Part shown: positions 26,402 to 34,576 of the stretch, piece by piece
Layout of the letters: every line of letters begins with the position of its first letter
Position numbering within the stretch: the first letter of the stretch is position 1
DNA from: a bacterium
GTDB taxonomy: Bacteria > Verrucomicrobiota > Verrucomicrobiia > Limisphaerales > RI-55
Direction: 5' to 3'
Length of the DNA stretch: 64,000 bases
Assembly: GCA_031362805.1 (NCBI GenBank)
Contig: JANLTG010000034.1
Location: 5,553-69,552, forward strand
Notes under the pieces: model-generated
Told to the model about the DNA's origin: nothing
What the model saw: only the letters and a program-made list of their open reading frames with translations
Database searches by the model: none
Position numbers and translations under genes: made by a program

Positions 26402-29400
26402 ATGTTGCAGTCGCTTGTTTATTTTTCGCTGAAGCATCGACGCGTGGTGGTGGCGCTCGCGTGCCTGTTGCTGGCTTACGGCATCCACGTCGCGACGCAC
26501 GCCAAGCTCGACGTGTTTCCGAACTTCGTCCCGCCACAGGTGACGGTACAGACCGAGGCGCCCGGCCTTGCGCCGGAGCAGGTCGAGGTGCTGGTCACGC
26601 GACCGGTTGAGACGGCCATCGCCGGCTTGGGCAATCAGGAGTCGCTGCGCTCGGAGTCGATCCAGGGGCTTTCGATCATCACGATGGTGTTCACGGAGGG
26701 CACCGACATCTTTCTCGCCCGCCAGATGCTGAGCGAAAAGCTGGGCGAACTCGGCAGTCAGCTGCCGCTCGGCGTGAAGCCGCCCAAGATGTCGCCACTC
26801 ACGTCGTCCACGATGGACCTGCTCAAGGTCGGCCTAGTCTCGGAAAAACTCTCCCCGATGGAACTGCGCACGTTTGCGGACTGGACCCTTAAACCGCGTC
26901 TGCTCTCCGTGCCGGGCGTGGCCAAGTGCAGCGCGTTCGGCGGCGAAGTGCGGCAAATGCAGGTGCAGGTGGATCAGGATCGTCTGCTCGCGCACGGTCT
27001 GGCGGTGTCAGATGTTTTAAATGCCGCGCGTCTGGCCAGCGGCGTGCGCGGCGCGGGTTTCATCGAGACCGCCAACCAGCGCGTGCTGCTGCAGACCGAG
27101 GGTCAATCGCTCTCGGCTGACATGCTCGGCGAAGTGGCGCTGGTGAACTCGACAAACGGCGCTGTCGTCCGGCTCAAAGATGTCGCTCGCGTGGTCGAGG
27201 CGGCGGAACCAAAGTTCGGCGATTGCCTCGTACAGGGCCGGCCCGGCGTGCTGCTCACCATGTCGAGCCAGTACGGAGCGAACACGCTGGAAGTCACCCA
27301 GGCGCTCGAAGCCGCGTTGGCTGAGCTGGACCCGGTCTTTGAACAGGCGGGCATCAAGATCTATCCGCGTTTGCACCGACCGGCGTCCTTCATCGAGACG
27401 GCGCTGGCCAACATCCGCCACTCATTGTGGCTCGGCAGCATCCTCGTCGCAGTGGTTTTGTTTCTCTTTCTCGGCCACTTCCGCACCGCGTTCATTTCCA
27501 TCACGGCCATTCCGCTGTCGTTGCTCACGGCTGTCATCGTGCTGGATAAACTGGGAGTGACGCTGAACACCGTGACCCTCGGCGGCCTGGCCATCGCCAT
27601 TGGCGAAGTCGTGGATGACGCCATCATCGACGTGGAAAACATCTTCCGCCGGCTAAAGGAGAACCAGCTGCTCGCCTCTCCGCGGCCAGTCTTTACCGTC
27701 GTGCTCGACGCTTCACTCGAAGTCCGCAGCCCCGTGGTCTTCGCCACCTTCATCGTTGCACTGGTGTTCGTGCCGGTGCTGACGTTGACCGGCCTCCAGG
27801 GCAGTTTCTTCGCGCCGCTCGCCCTCAGTTATCTGCTGGCGATCTTCGCATCGCTCGGTGTGGCGCTGACGCTGACGCCCGCGCTTTCACTGCTGTTCTT
27901 CGGCCGGGGCGTGCGCGAGAGCCGGGAGCCGCGGCTGCAACGCTGGTTGAAGGAATGCTACCGACGCGTGCTGGGGCTGGTCATGGCCTGGCCGAAGTTG
28001 CTGGTCGGACTGGTGGCTGCACTGTGCCTGGGCGCGGCGACGCGGTTGTCGCATCTGGGCGGCGAATTCCTGCCGGAGTTTCGCGAAGGGCATTTCGTGC
28101 TGCAAATCAACACCACGCCGGGAACGTCCCTGCCCGAAATGCTGCGACTGGGTGCAAGGATTTCCGAGGCGTTACTGGCGGATACCCGCATAGCCACCGT
28201 CGAGCAACAGATTGGCCGCGCCGAACAGGGCGAAGATCCTTGGGGACCGCACCGTTGCGAGTTCCATGTTGATTTGAAGCCGCTCTCCGGCGAGGAGGAA
28301 GCGAAGATGGCCGGAGCCATTCGCGAGATCCTCGGCAAGTTCCCCGGCATCCAGTCCGAGGTCATGACGTTCCTCGGCGACCGGATTGGTGAAACCATTT
28401 CGGGTGAAACCTCGCCCGTGGTCGTGAACATTTTCGGCGACGACCTCGACGTGCTCGACGCAAAGGCACAGTTGGTGGCGTCCGTGTTGCGCGGCGTGGA
28501 TGGCGCGGAGGATGTCCAGGTCAAGTCACCGCCGGGTTCACCCCGCATCGCCGTGCGCCTGCGGCCCGAGCGGTTGTTGCCGCTGGGCTTTCGGCCGGTG
28601 GAAGTGCTCGAAGCTGTGCAGACGTCCTACCAAGGCACCGTCGTGGCCCAGACCTATCGTGAAAACCAAGTGACTGACGTCGTGGTGACGATAAGCGAAG
28701 CTGACCGTAACGAACCGGAGAATGTTGGCCGACTGCTGCTGCGAAACGTGGCCGGCCTGCGCGTGCCGCTGAGTGAAGTCGCCGACGTATTCACGACCTC
28801 CGGGCGTCATTCCATTCTCCACGACGGCGGGCGTCGCCGGCAGACCGTGACCTGCAACGTCGCCGGCCGGGACATCGCCACCTTCGTCAGCGACGCGCGG
28901 CGGGAAATGAACGCCAGAGTGAGTCTGCCGCAGGGAACCTATTTGAGTTTCGCCGGCGCGGCGGAGGCGGCGAGTGCCGCCCGGCAACAATTGTTCACGC
29001 ACTCTGCGATTGCCGCCGTCGGTATCATTCTCCTGCTTGCGGTCGTGTTGCGCCGCACCTCGAACGTGTTGCTCGTGCTGGCAAACGTCCCGTTCGCACT
29101 GGTGGGCGGCGTGCTGGCCGTATGGCTGGCGTCGTCGCTGGGAGAGCCGGGCGAAAGCGGGTTGAACCTCGGCTCGTTGGTGGGTTTCGTGACGTTATTC
29201 GGAATCACCATGCGCAATTCCATCATGCTCATCTCACACTATGAACATCTCGTGCAAAGCGAAGGCGCGGCGTGGAATTTCAGCACCGCCCTGCGTGGCG
29301 CCGCCGAACGTCTCGTCCCGATTCTCATGACGGCGCTGGTCACCGGCCTGGGTCTGCTTCCCCTGGCGCTCGGGTCGGGCGAAGCTGGGCGCGAAATTGA

Positions 29401-29512
29401 GGGTCCGATGGCCATCGTTATCCTCGGCGGCCTGCTGACTTCCACGCTCTTGAACCTTCTGGTGCTGCCCACCCTGGCGCTGCGTTTTGGCAAGTTCACG
29501 GCGACGCGGTGA
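26402..29512 (+). CDS. Efflux RND permease, CusA/CzcA (heavy-metal efflux) family
   Basis: 1036 aa. The N-terminus MLQSLVYFSLKHRRVVVALACLLL...LDVFPNFVPPQVTVQTEAPGLAPEQVE is typical of CzcA/CusA. LGGLAIAIGEVVDDAIIDVENIFRRL is the conserved TM4 motif. Confidence 0.9.
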   Translation: MLQSLVYFSLKHRRVVVALACLLLAYGIHVATHAKLDVFPNFVPPQVTVQTEAPGLAPEQVEVLVTRPVETAIAGLGNQESLRSESIQGLSIITMVFTEGTDIFLARQMLSEKLGELGSQLPLGVKPPKMSPLTSSTMDLLKVGLVSEKLSPMELRTFADWTLKPRLLSVPGVAKCSAFGGEVRQMQVQVDQDRLLAHGLAVSDVLNAARLASGVRGAGFIETANQRVLLQTEGQSLSADMLGEVALVNSTNGAVVRLKDVARVVEAAEPKFGDCLVQGRPGVLLTMSSQYGANTLEVTQALEAALAELDPVFEQAGIKIYPRLHRPASFIETALANIRHSLWLGSILVAVVLFLFLGHFRTAFISITAIPLSLLTAVIVLDKLGVTLNTVTLGGLAIAIGEVVDDAIIDVENIFRRLKENQLLASPRPVFTVVLDASLEVRSPVVFATFIVALVFVPVLTLTGLQGSFFAPLALSYLLAIFASLGVALTLTPALSLLFFGRGVRESREPRLQRWLKECYRRVLGLVMAWPKLLVGLVAALCLGAATRLSHLGGEFLPEFREGHFVLQINTTPGTSLPEMLRLGARISEALLADTRIATVEQQIGRAEQGEDPWGPHRCEFHVDLKPLSGEEEAKMAGAIREILGKFPGIQSEVMTFLGDRIGETISGETSPVVVNIFGDDLDVLDAKAQLVASVLRGVDGAEDVQVKSPPGSPRIAVRLRPERLLPLGFRPVEVLEAVQTSYQGTVVAQTYRENQVTDVVVTISEADRNEPENVGRLLLRNVAGLRVPLSEVADVFTTSGRHSILHDGGRRRQTVTCNVAGRDIATFVSDARREMNARVSLPQGTYLSFAGAAEAASAARQQLFTHSAIAAVGIILLLAVVLRRTSNVLLVLANVPFALVGGVLAVWLASSLGEPGESGLNLGSLVGFVTLFGITMRNSIMLISHYEHLVQSEGAAWNFSTALRGAAERLVPILMTALVTGLGLLPLALGSGEAGREIEGPMAIVILGGLLTSTLLNLLVLPTLALRFGKFTATR

Positions 29513-29696
29513 CCCATCCCAACCCTACCAGCCTGGCGCCTGCTTGCCGGCACGTCACCCGTCGAACCCGGATGAAGCCATGCGAGTGCATTCGACCTGC
29601 TCGCAAATCCGGCTTGGCACTTGGTTCTTTCCCGCCAGCCGGCCGGAATAGGGCGCACCGGGGAGACTCGAACGAGGAGACCGACATGCTTCTGCT

Positions 29697-30992
29697 TTGA
29701 ACAATCTCAAACCCGTGGCAGTCTGTTCGCACATGCAAGCGGCGCAACTTCTGAATCGTGGTGCAGTGAAAGGCAACGGTCGGCTGCCGGCGGACTGGCA
29801 TCTCGCCGGATTCGATCTCCAGCCGCGCACGCGGCTGGTCTTTGGCAATGACGCCATCGAGAAGGTCGGCGTGCTGGCCCGTGAGTTGGGCGCCCAGCGC
29901 GTGCTGCTGGTCACGGACAAAGGCATCGTCGCCGCCGGGCACGCGAACCGGGCCATCGGCTTTCTGGAGGCAGCCGGCTTGCACGTTGCGGTGTTTGATT
30001 CCGTGCGTGAAAATCCCACCACCAAAGACGTGGCGCGCTGTCTGGCGCTGGCGCGCGAGCATCAGGCGGATCTCTTCGTCGGCCTCGGCGGTGGCAGTTC
30101 GATGGACACTGCGAAGGGCACGAACTTCCTGCTGACGAACGGCGGCGAAATGAAGGACTACTGGGGTGTGGGCAAGGCGAAGCTGCCGATGCTGCCGTTG
30201 ATCGCCATCCCGACCACGGCCGGCACGGGCAGCGAATGCCAGTGCGCGGCGTTGATCGCCGAGGAGGAATCGCATCTCAAGATGGCCTGCCTCGACCCCA
30301 AGGCCGCCGCGCGCGTGGCAATCCTTGATCCGCTGCTCACCGTTTCGCAGCCGGCGCGGGTGACGGCGTGCACCGGCATCGACGCGATCACGCACGCGGT
30401 CGAGACGGCGGTCACCACGAAGCGCAACGGCTGGTCGCTGATGTTTTCAAACGAAGCGTTCAAGATGCTCGTGCCCAGCCTGCCGCGCGTGTTATCCAAT
30501 CCAAACGATCTCGAAGCGCGTGGACGCATGTTGCTCGGCGCCGCCCTCGCCGGAACCGCCGTCGAGAACTCAATGCTGGGCGCCGCGCACGCCATGGCCA
30601 ACCCGCTGACGGCCCATTTCAACATGGTGCATGGGCAGGCCGTGGGCTTGATGCTGCCGCACGTGATCCGTTTCAACGCGCAGGAGGAATCGATCAAGCG
30701 CGCCTACGCGGAGTTGGCCAACGGCCCGGAGATCGCGTGCGTGAGCGAAGGCCTGGACGCCGCGGTGGAAGCGCTCATCGCCCGGGTGGAGGCGCTGCTC
30801 AACGTGGCCGGCATGCCGCGTTCGCTGGCGGAAGCCGGTGTGGATCGCGCTGCCATCTCAATCTTGGCCGGTGAGGCCGGGAAGCAGTGGACGGCAAACT
30901 TCAATCCACGGCACATCGAGCACGGAGATTTTGCGCGGCTCTACGCCGCCGCCTTTGAGTCGCGAGGCGAGGGGGACCGGTTGGGGGCCTGA
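29697..30992 (+). CDS. Iron-containing (group III) alcohol dehydrogenase
   Basis: FDLQPRTRLVFGNDAIEKVG, LLVTDKGI, GLGGGSSMDTAKG, IAIPTTAGTGSE. The start is uncertain: the ATG at 29733 is closer to the usual N-terminus. Confidence 0.85.
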   Translation: MNNLKPVAVCSHMQAAQLLNRGAVKGNGRLPADWHLAGFDLQPRTRLVFGNDAIEKVGVLARELGAQRVLLVTDKGIVAAGHANRAIGFLEAAGLHVAVFDSVRENPTTKDVARCLALAREHQADLFVGLGGGSSMDTAKGTNFLLTNGGEMKDYWGVGKAKLPMLPLIAIPTTAGTGSECQCAALIAEEESHLKMACLDPKAAARVAILDPLLTVSQPARVTACTGIDAITHAVETAVTTKRNGWSLMFSNEAFKMLVPSLPRVLSNPNDLEARGRMLLGAALAGTAVENSMLGAAHAMANPLTAHFNMVHGQAVGLMLPHVIRFNAQEESIKRAYAELANGPEIACVSEGLDAAVEALIARVEALLNVAGMPRSLAEAGVDRAAISILAGEAGKQWTANFNPRHIEHGDFARLYAAAFESRGEGDRLGA

Positions 30993-31002
30993 TGGGCGCC
31001 GA

Positions 31003-31386
31003 TCAGTCGGCGATATCGAGGCGGTACTCGGGGGAAAGGATGCTGTCCGAGCGGTGGGCAGGCATGCCCTTGAACTCGTAATCGAACTTGAACTGGTAGT
31101 AGACGTGACTCTTGCCGGCCGGAATGGGCACCAGCGTCTCCCAGCGGTTGTTGAGCAGCGGCGTCGGCCGCATGGGATAGGCTTCGAGGCCCACCACCAC
31201 GAACGGCTTGATCGAGTCTTTGACCACGCTCTTCTGGCTGCTCTTCCACATGGCTTCGACCGGGTACAAGCCGTTCTGGTTGCGGCTCTGTTGTCCGGGC
31301 GTGAGGTTGGTGATCGAGTTTGAGGCGCAACCTACGAGCAGCAACGGAAAGGCGAACAGGATGAAATGACGGATGAACTTGGTCAT
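31003..31386 (-). CDS. Hypothetical lipoprotein
   Basis: The track ORF is 31003-31464. The ATG at 31386 gives MTKFIRHFILFAFPLLLVGC (lipobox). 127 aa, no family recognised. It lies directly downstream of copC. Confidence 0.5.
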   Translation of the reverse strand: MTKFIRHFILFAFPLLLVGCASNSITNLTPGQQSRNQNGLYPVEAMWKSSQKSVVKDSIKPFVVVGLEAYPMRPTPLLNNRWETLVPIPAGKSHVYYQFKFDYEFKGMPAHRSDSILSPEYRLDIAD

Positions 31387-31460
31387 GCTGGTGCGAGCGA
31401 AACACAACGAGCTTGCTGATGTAAAGTGGCTTTTGACCCAAAGCCCAGTCGGGGCGCGGT

Positions 31461-31883
31461 TCACGCCGGCGGTTTCACCGTAAACCTCACGCGGCCTGGC
31501 GCGGTGTGGCCGTCGCGCGAGAGGACGCGGTATTCGACGACGTAGTCACCGGGCGGCAACTCTTTGAGCTTCACGGTCAGGTGGGTGCGACCGGCCTTAT
31601 CCACGTCCGGCTTGCCGGCCGCGAGGTTGGTGCGGTCCTTCGCCTTCAGCTTCACCTCCGAGGCGGGGAACACGACGACGTGGTTGAAGCCTTCATCGAG
31701 CAGTTCATTGAACCAGAGCTCAATCAGCGTTGGTGCGAGCGCCAGTTCCGCCTTCTCCTTGGGCGACGACTTGGTCAATCGCGCATGGGCCAGCGCCGGG
31801 GAACTGGTTAACAGTAAACCTGAGACGAGGAGCAGCGCGGCGATTCGGAAGGCGCACCGGCTGGTTCGAGGAGATCGCGTCAT
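31461..31883 (-). CDS. copC: CopC-domain copper-binding periplasmic protein
   Basis: The track ORF is 31461-32150. The ATG at 31883 gives MTRSPRTSRCAFRIAALLLVSGLLLTSSPALA followed by HARLTKSSP (mature N-terminal His). GDYVVEYRVLSRDGHTAPGRVRFTV is the CopC C-terminal signature. Confidence 0.75.
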   Translation of the reverse strand: MTRSPRTSRCAFRIAALLLVSGLLLTSSPALAHARLTKSSPKEKAELALAPTLIELWFNELLDEGFNHVVVFPASEVKLKAKDRTNLAAGKPDVDKAGRTHLTVKLKELPPGDYVVEYRVLSRDGHTAPGRVRFTVKPPA

Positions 31884-31954
31884 GGCGCGAGCGTGATAAC
31901 AAATGTTCATTGTCCGGGTCAATGGGGCGGCAAATGGTCGCGAGCTCAATTGGC

Positions 31955-31981
31955 AAAAAAGCCCGAAGCCTCGTAGGGGCT
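31955..31981 (-). terminator. Possible Rho-independent terminator after the rlmD-like gene
   Basis: The minus strand reads AGCCC-ctacgaggcttc-GGGCT followed by TTTTTT. The stem is only 5 bp and the loop is large, so this is weak to moderate. Confidence 0.4.
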
Positions 31982-32005
31982 GGGGCACGCGCGGAGCTAC
32001 GGTCC

Positions 32006-33238
32006 TTACCCAGCGTTCAGCCGCAAATCGGCCACGCACTCGACGTGCTGGGTCTGCGGGAACATGTCGAGCGGGACCACCTGTTCCAAGCGGTAGAGAT
32101 CTCCTTCGCACAGCCGCTTGAGATCGCGCGCGAGCGTGGCGGGATGACACGACACGTAAATGATCTGCCCGGGACGTTCGGCGCGGAGCTGATCCATTGC
32201 CTCCGGGGCACAGCCCACGCGCGGCGGATCGAGGATCACCGTCGTCTGACTGCGCGTGAAGCGCTTGAGCAGGTCCGGCAACCAGTCTTCGGTCGGCGCG
32301 GTAATGAAATCACCGTTCGTGATCTTGCGATTCCGGGCGTTCTCCCGCGCGGCGCGAATCGCCATCTGATCGATCTCGACGCCGGCGAACTTCTCGACCA
32401 GGTCGGCCAGCTCAAGCGCGAAGAAGCCCACGCCGCAATAGGTGTCGATCAGATAGCGGGAGCCGGCGAGTTTCAAACGCTCGCGCACCGTCTCGACGAG
32501 CTTGGGCAGCAGGAAGAAGTTGTTCTGAAAAAAGGAATCGCGCGGCAACACCCAGTTCTCAGGCATGACGCGCAACGTCACCTTGATGCCCCCCTTGGGC
32601 GGCGGCTTCTGATGCACCTGCTTTAACTGCGCGTTCAACGCGGGCTCGGCGATGGCACATTCATCGATCTCCTCGACGAGTCGGCCGTCGTGGCGCAGGA
32701 AACCGACGCTCAAGCGTTGCTCCGGCTTGTTCCACTGGCTGCGCACCATGATCCGGTTGCGGTAGTAATAAGGCTGCGGACACGGCACGACCTCGGCCAC
32801 CGCCGGCTCCGCAAAGCCGCCGATGCGGATGAAATGCTCGCGCACCTGGCGGCGCTTGATCTGGAGCTGGAGCGCGTAGTCGAGGTGTTGATACTGGCAG
32901 CCACCGCACTGGCCAAAGTGACGGCACTTCGGCTCCACGCGGTGCGGTCCCGGCCGAAGCACCTCCAACAATTTCGCGCGACCAAACTGTTTCTTGACCT
33001 CGATCACCTCCGCCCTCACACGATCACCGGGCGCGACGAACGGGATGAACAGCACGAAGTCGTTCACCCGCGCCACGCCCTCACCACCGAACGCGATGTC
33101 CGTGATGTCGAGTTCGAGCTGCTGGCCAGGCTGGAGCCCGGCCGCTTGGGCCACATTTCTGCCGGCCGTTGGTACGTCAGCCTGCGATGAATCTTCAGGT
33201 GTCACTGAGGCCGAAGAGAAGACCGACTTGGGTGGCAA
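32006..33238 (-). CDS. rlmD: 23S rRNA (uracil-5)-methyltransferase, RlmD/RumA family (TRAM plus Fe-S plus SAM methyltransferase)
   Basis: TRAM region LELDITDIAFGGEGVARV. Cys cluster CRHFGQCGGCQYQH. SAM motif DTYCGVGFFA. Catalytic region ILDPPRVGC...YVSCHP. Confidence 0.85.
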   Translation of the reverse strand: MPPKSVFSSASVTPEDSSQADVPTAGRNVAQAAGLQPGQQLELDITDIAFGGEGVARVNDFVLFIPFVAPGDRVRAEVIEVKKQFGRAKLLEVLRPGPHRVEPKCRHFGQCGGCQYQHLDYALQLQIKRRQVREHFIRIGGFAEPAVAEVVPCPQPYYYRNRIMVRSQWNKPEQRLSVGFLRHDGRLVEEIDECAIAEPALNAQLKQVHQKPPPKGGIKVTLRVMPENWVLPRDSFFQNNFFLLPKLVETVRERLKLAGSRYLIDTYCGVGFFALELADLVEKFAGVEIDQMAIRAARENARNRKITNGDFITAPTEDWLPDLLKRFTRSQTTVILDPPRVGCAPEAMDQLRAERPGQIIYVSCHPATLARDLKRLCEGDLYRLEQVVPLDMFPQTQHVECVADLRLNAG

Positions 33239-33417
33239 CTTGGCAAGGGGTTTCGCCGGGATACTGACTCTCTACCTTTCTCCACAAAGGCAACGCGGTC
33301 TCACCGCTGGCGATGACCGCCTTCAACCCACGGGTGAAAAGCCAACGACTCCGCGATGAGCCTTTACCTGGGTTGCATGTTTGCGGCAGGTCATCATGCT
33401 TCGACGCGAACCAGCTT

Positions 33418-34566
33418 ATGTGGACGACTCTCATCTTCAGCGGAACGGCGGGGTTGTTCCTGGTTTGGACGCTTTCCGCGCTGTGGCACCTGCGCTGGGT
33501 GCGGCGACTGCCGGCGCTGGAGTCGCTCCCGCCAGAAAAAGGGGCACGTCTCCGCTGCTCGATTGTCATCGCCGCACGGGATGAAGCGGCGCGCATTGAA
33601 CAGACGATTTGCCACTTACTCGCGCAACGCGGGGTCGAGCTGGAAATCATCGTCGTGAACGATCGTTCGGCAGATCGCACGGGCGACATTCTCCAACGAT
33701 TGGCCCAGGAGAATTCGCGCCTTCAAGTAAAGCAGGTGGACGTCCTGCCCGAGGGCTGGCTCGGCAAGTGTCACGCCTGCCATGTCGGAGCAAGCGCAGC
33801 CACCGGCGAATGGATTCTTTTCACTGACGCGGATTGCTGGCTGAAGCCCGACGTGATCGCGCGCGCCTTACGAGTGGCTGAACGTGATGGCGCTGATCAC
33901 CTCACGCTGGTTTCCGGCCTGGCGACGGGCAGTGCGGGCCTGAAAGCGTCGCACCTGATGTTTTTTATCAGCCTCGCCAACTGGTTCTCCGGTGTGAATC
34001 GGGACCGGCCCAGATCATTCATGGGCATCGGCGCGTTCAATCTGGTGCGCGCCACGGCCTATCGGCAATGCGGCGGTTATGAAGCGTTACGTCTCACCGT
34101 GGTGGATGACATGAAGCTCGGCTTGCTCCTGCGTCGCGCGGGCAAGCGAACGCGTGGGTTCATCGGCGGCGACGACGTGGAGTGCCACTGGGGCACCACG
34201 GCCTGGGGTATGGTCAAGATCATGGAGAAGAATTATTTCGCCGCGTTGGATTACCGGACGGGGTTGGTGCTGGCTGGCAGCGTGTTTGTGATTCTCGTCT
34301 CCACCATACTCATTCTTGGATTGCTCTCGGGGACCGGGGCCGGACTCGCCGCCGCTGTTTCCCCGCTGTCATTGGTCCTGCCGGCGGCGATCCTCGCGCG
34401 GCGCTTGGACTGGTCGTGGCTTGGCGCGGTTTACGTGCCGTTCATGTTCCCGCTGTTCCTCTATGCGCTCCTCAACTCAGCCTTCGTGACGCTGCGCCAG
34501 GGCGGCATCCGCTGGCGCGACACGTTTTATCCACTGGCAACTTTGCGGGCCGGAAATGTGAGGTGA
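33418..34566 (+). CDS. Family 2 glycosyltransferase, membrane-bound
   Basis: The track ORF is 33313-34566. The ATG at 33418 starts directly with a TM helix (MWTTLIFSGTAGLFLVW). GT2 core: CSIVIAARDEA...IIVVNDRSADRT...ILFTDADC. Several C-terminal TM helices. Confidence 0.8.
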   Translation: MWTTLIFSGTAGLFLVWTLSALWHLRWVRRLPALESLPPEKGARLRCSIVIAARDEAARIEQTICHLLAQRGVELEIIVVNDRSADRTGDILQRLAQENSRLQVKQVDVLPEGWLGKCHACHVGASAATGEWILFTDADCWLKPDVIARALRVAERDGADHLTLVSGLATGSAGLKASHLMFFISLANWFSGVNRDRPRSFMGIGAFNLVRATAYRQCGGYEALRLTVVDDMKLGLLLRRAGKRTRGFIGGDDVECHWGTTAWGMVKIMEKNYFAALDYRTGLVLAGSVFVILVSTILILGLLSGTGAGLAAAVSPLSLVLPAAILARRLDWSWLGAVYVPFMFPLFLYALLNSAFVTLRQGGIRWRDTFYPLATLRAGNVR

Positions 34567-34576
34567 AGAGTTCCCC

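Noticed and set aside
29496-30395. 299-aa minus-strand ORF
   Set aside because: It is antisense to the Fe-ADH gene and spans the czcA-adh intergenic region, with no motifs.
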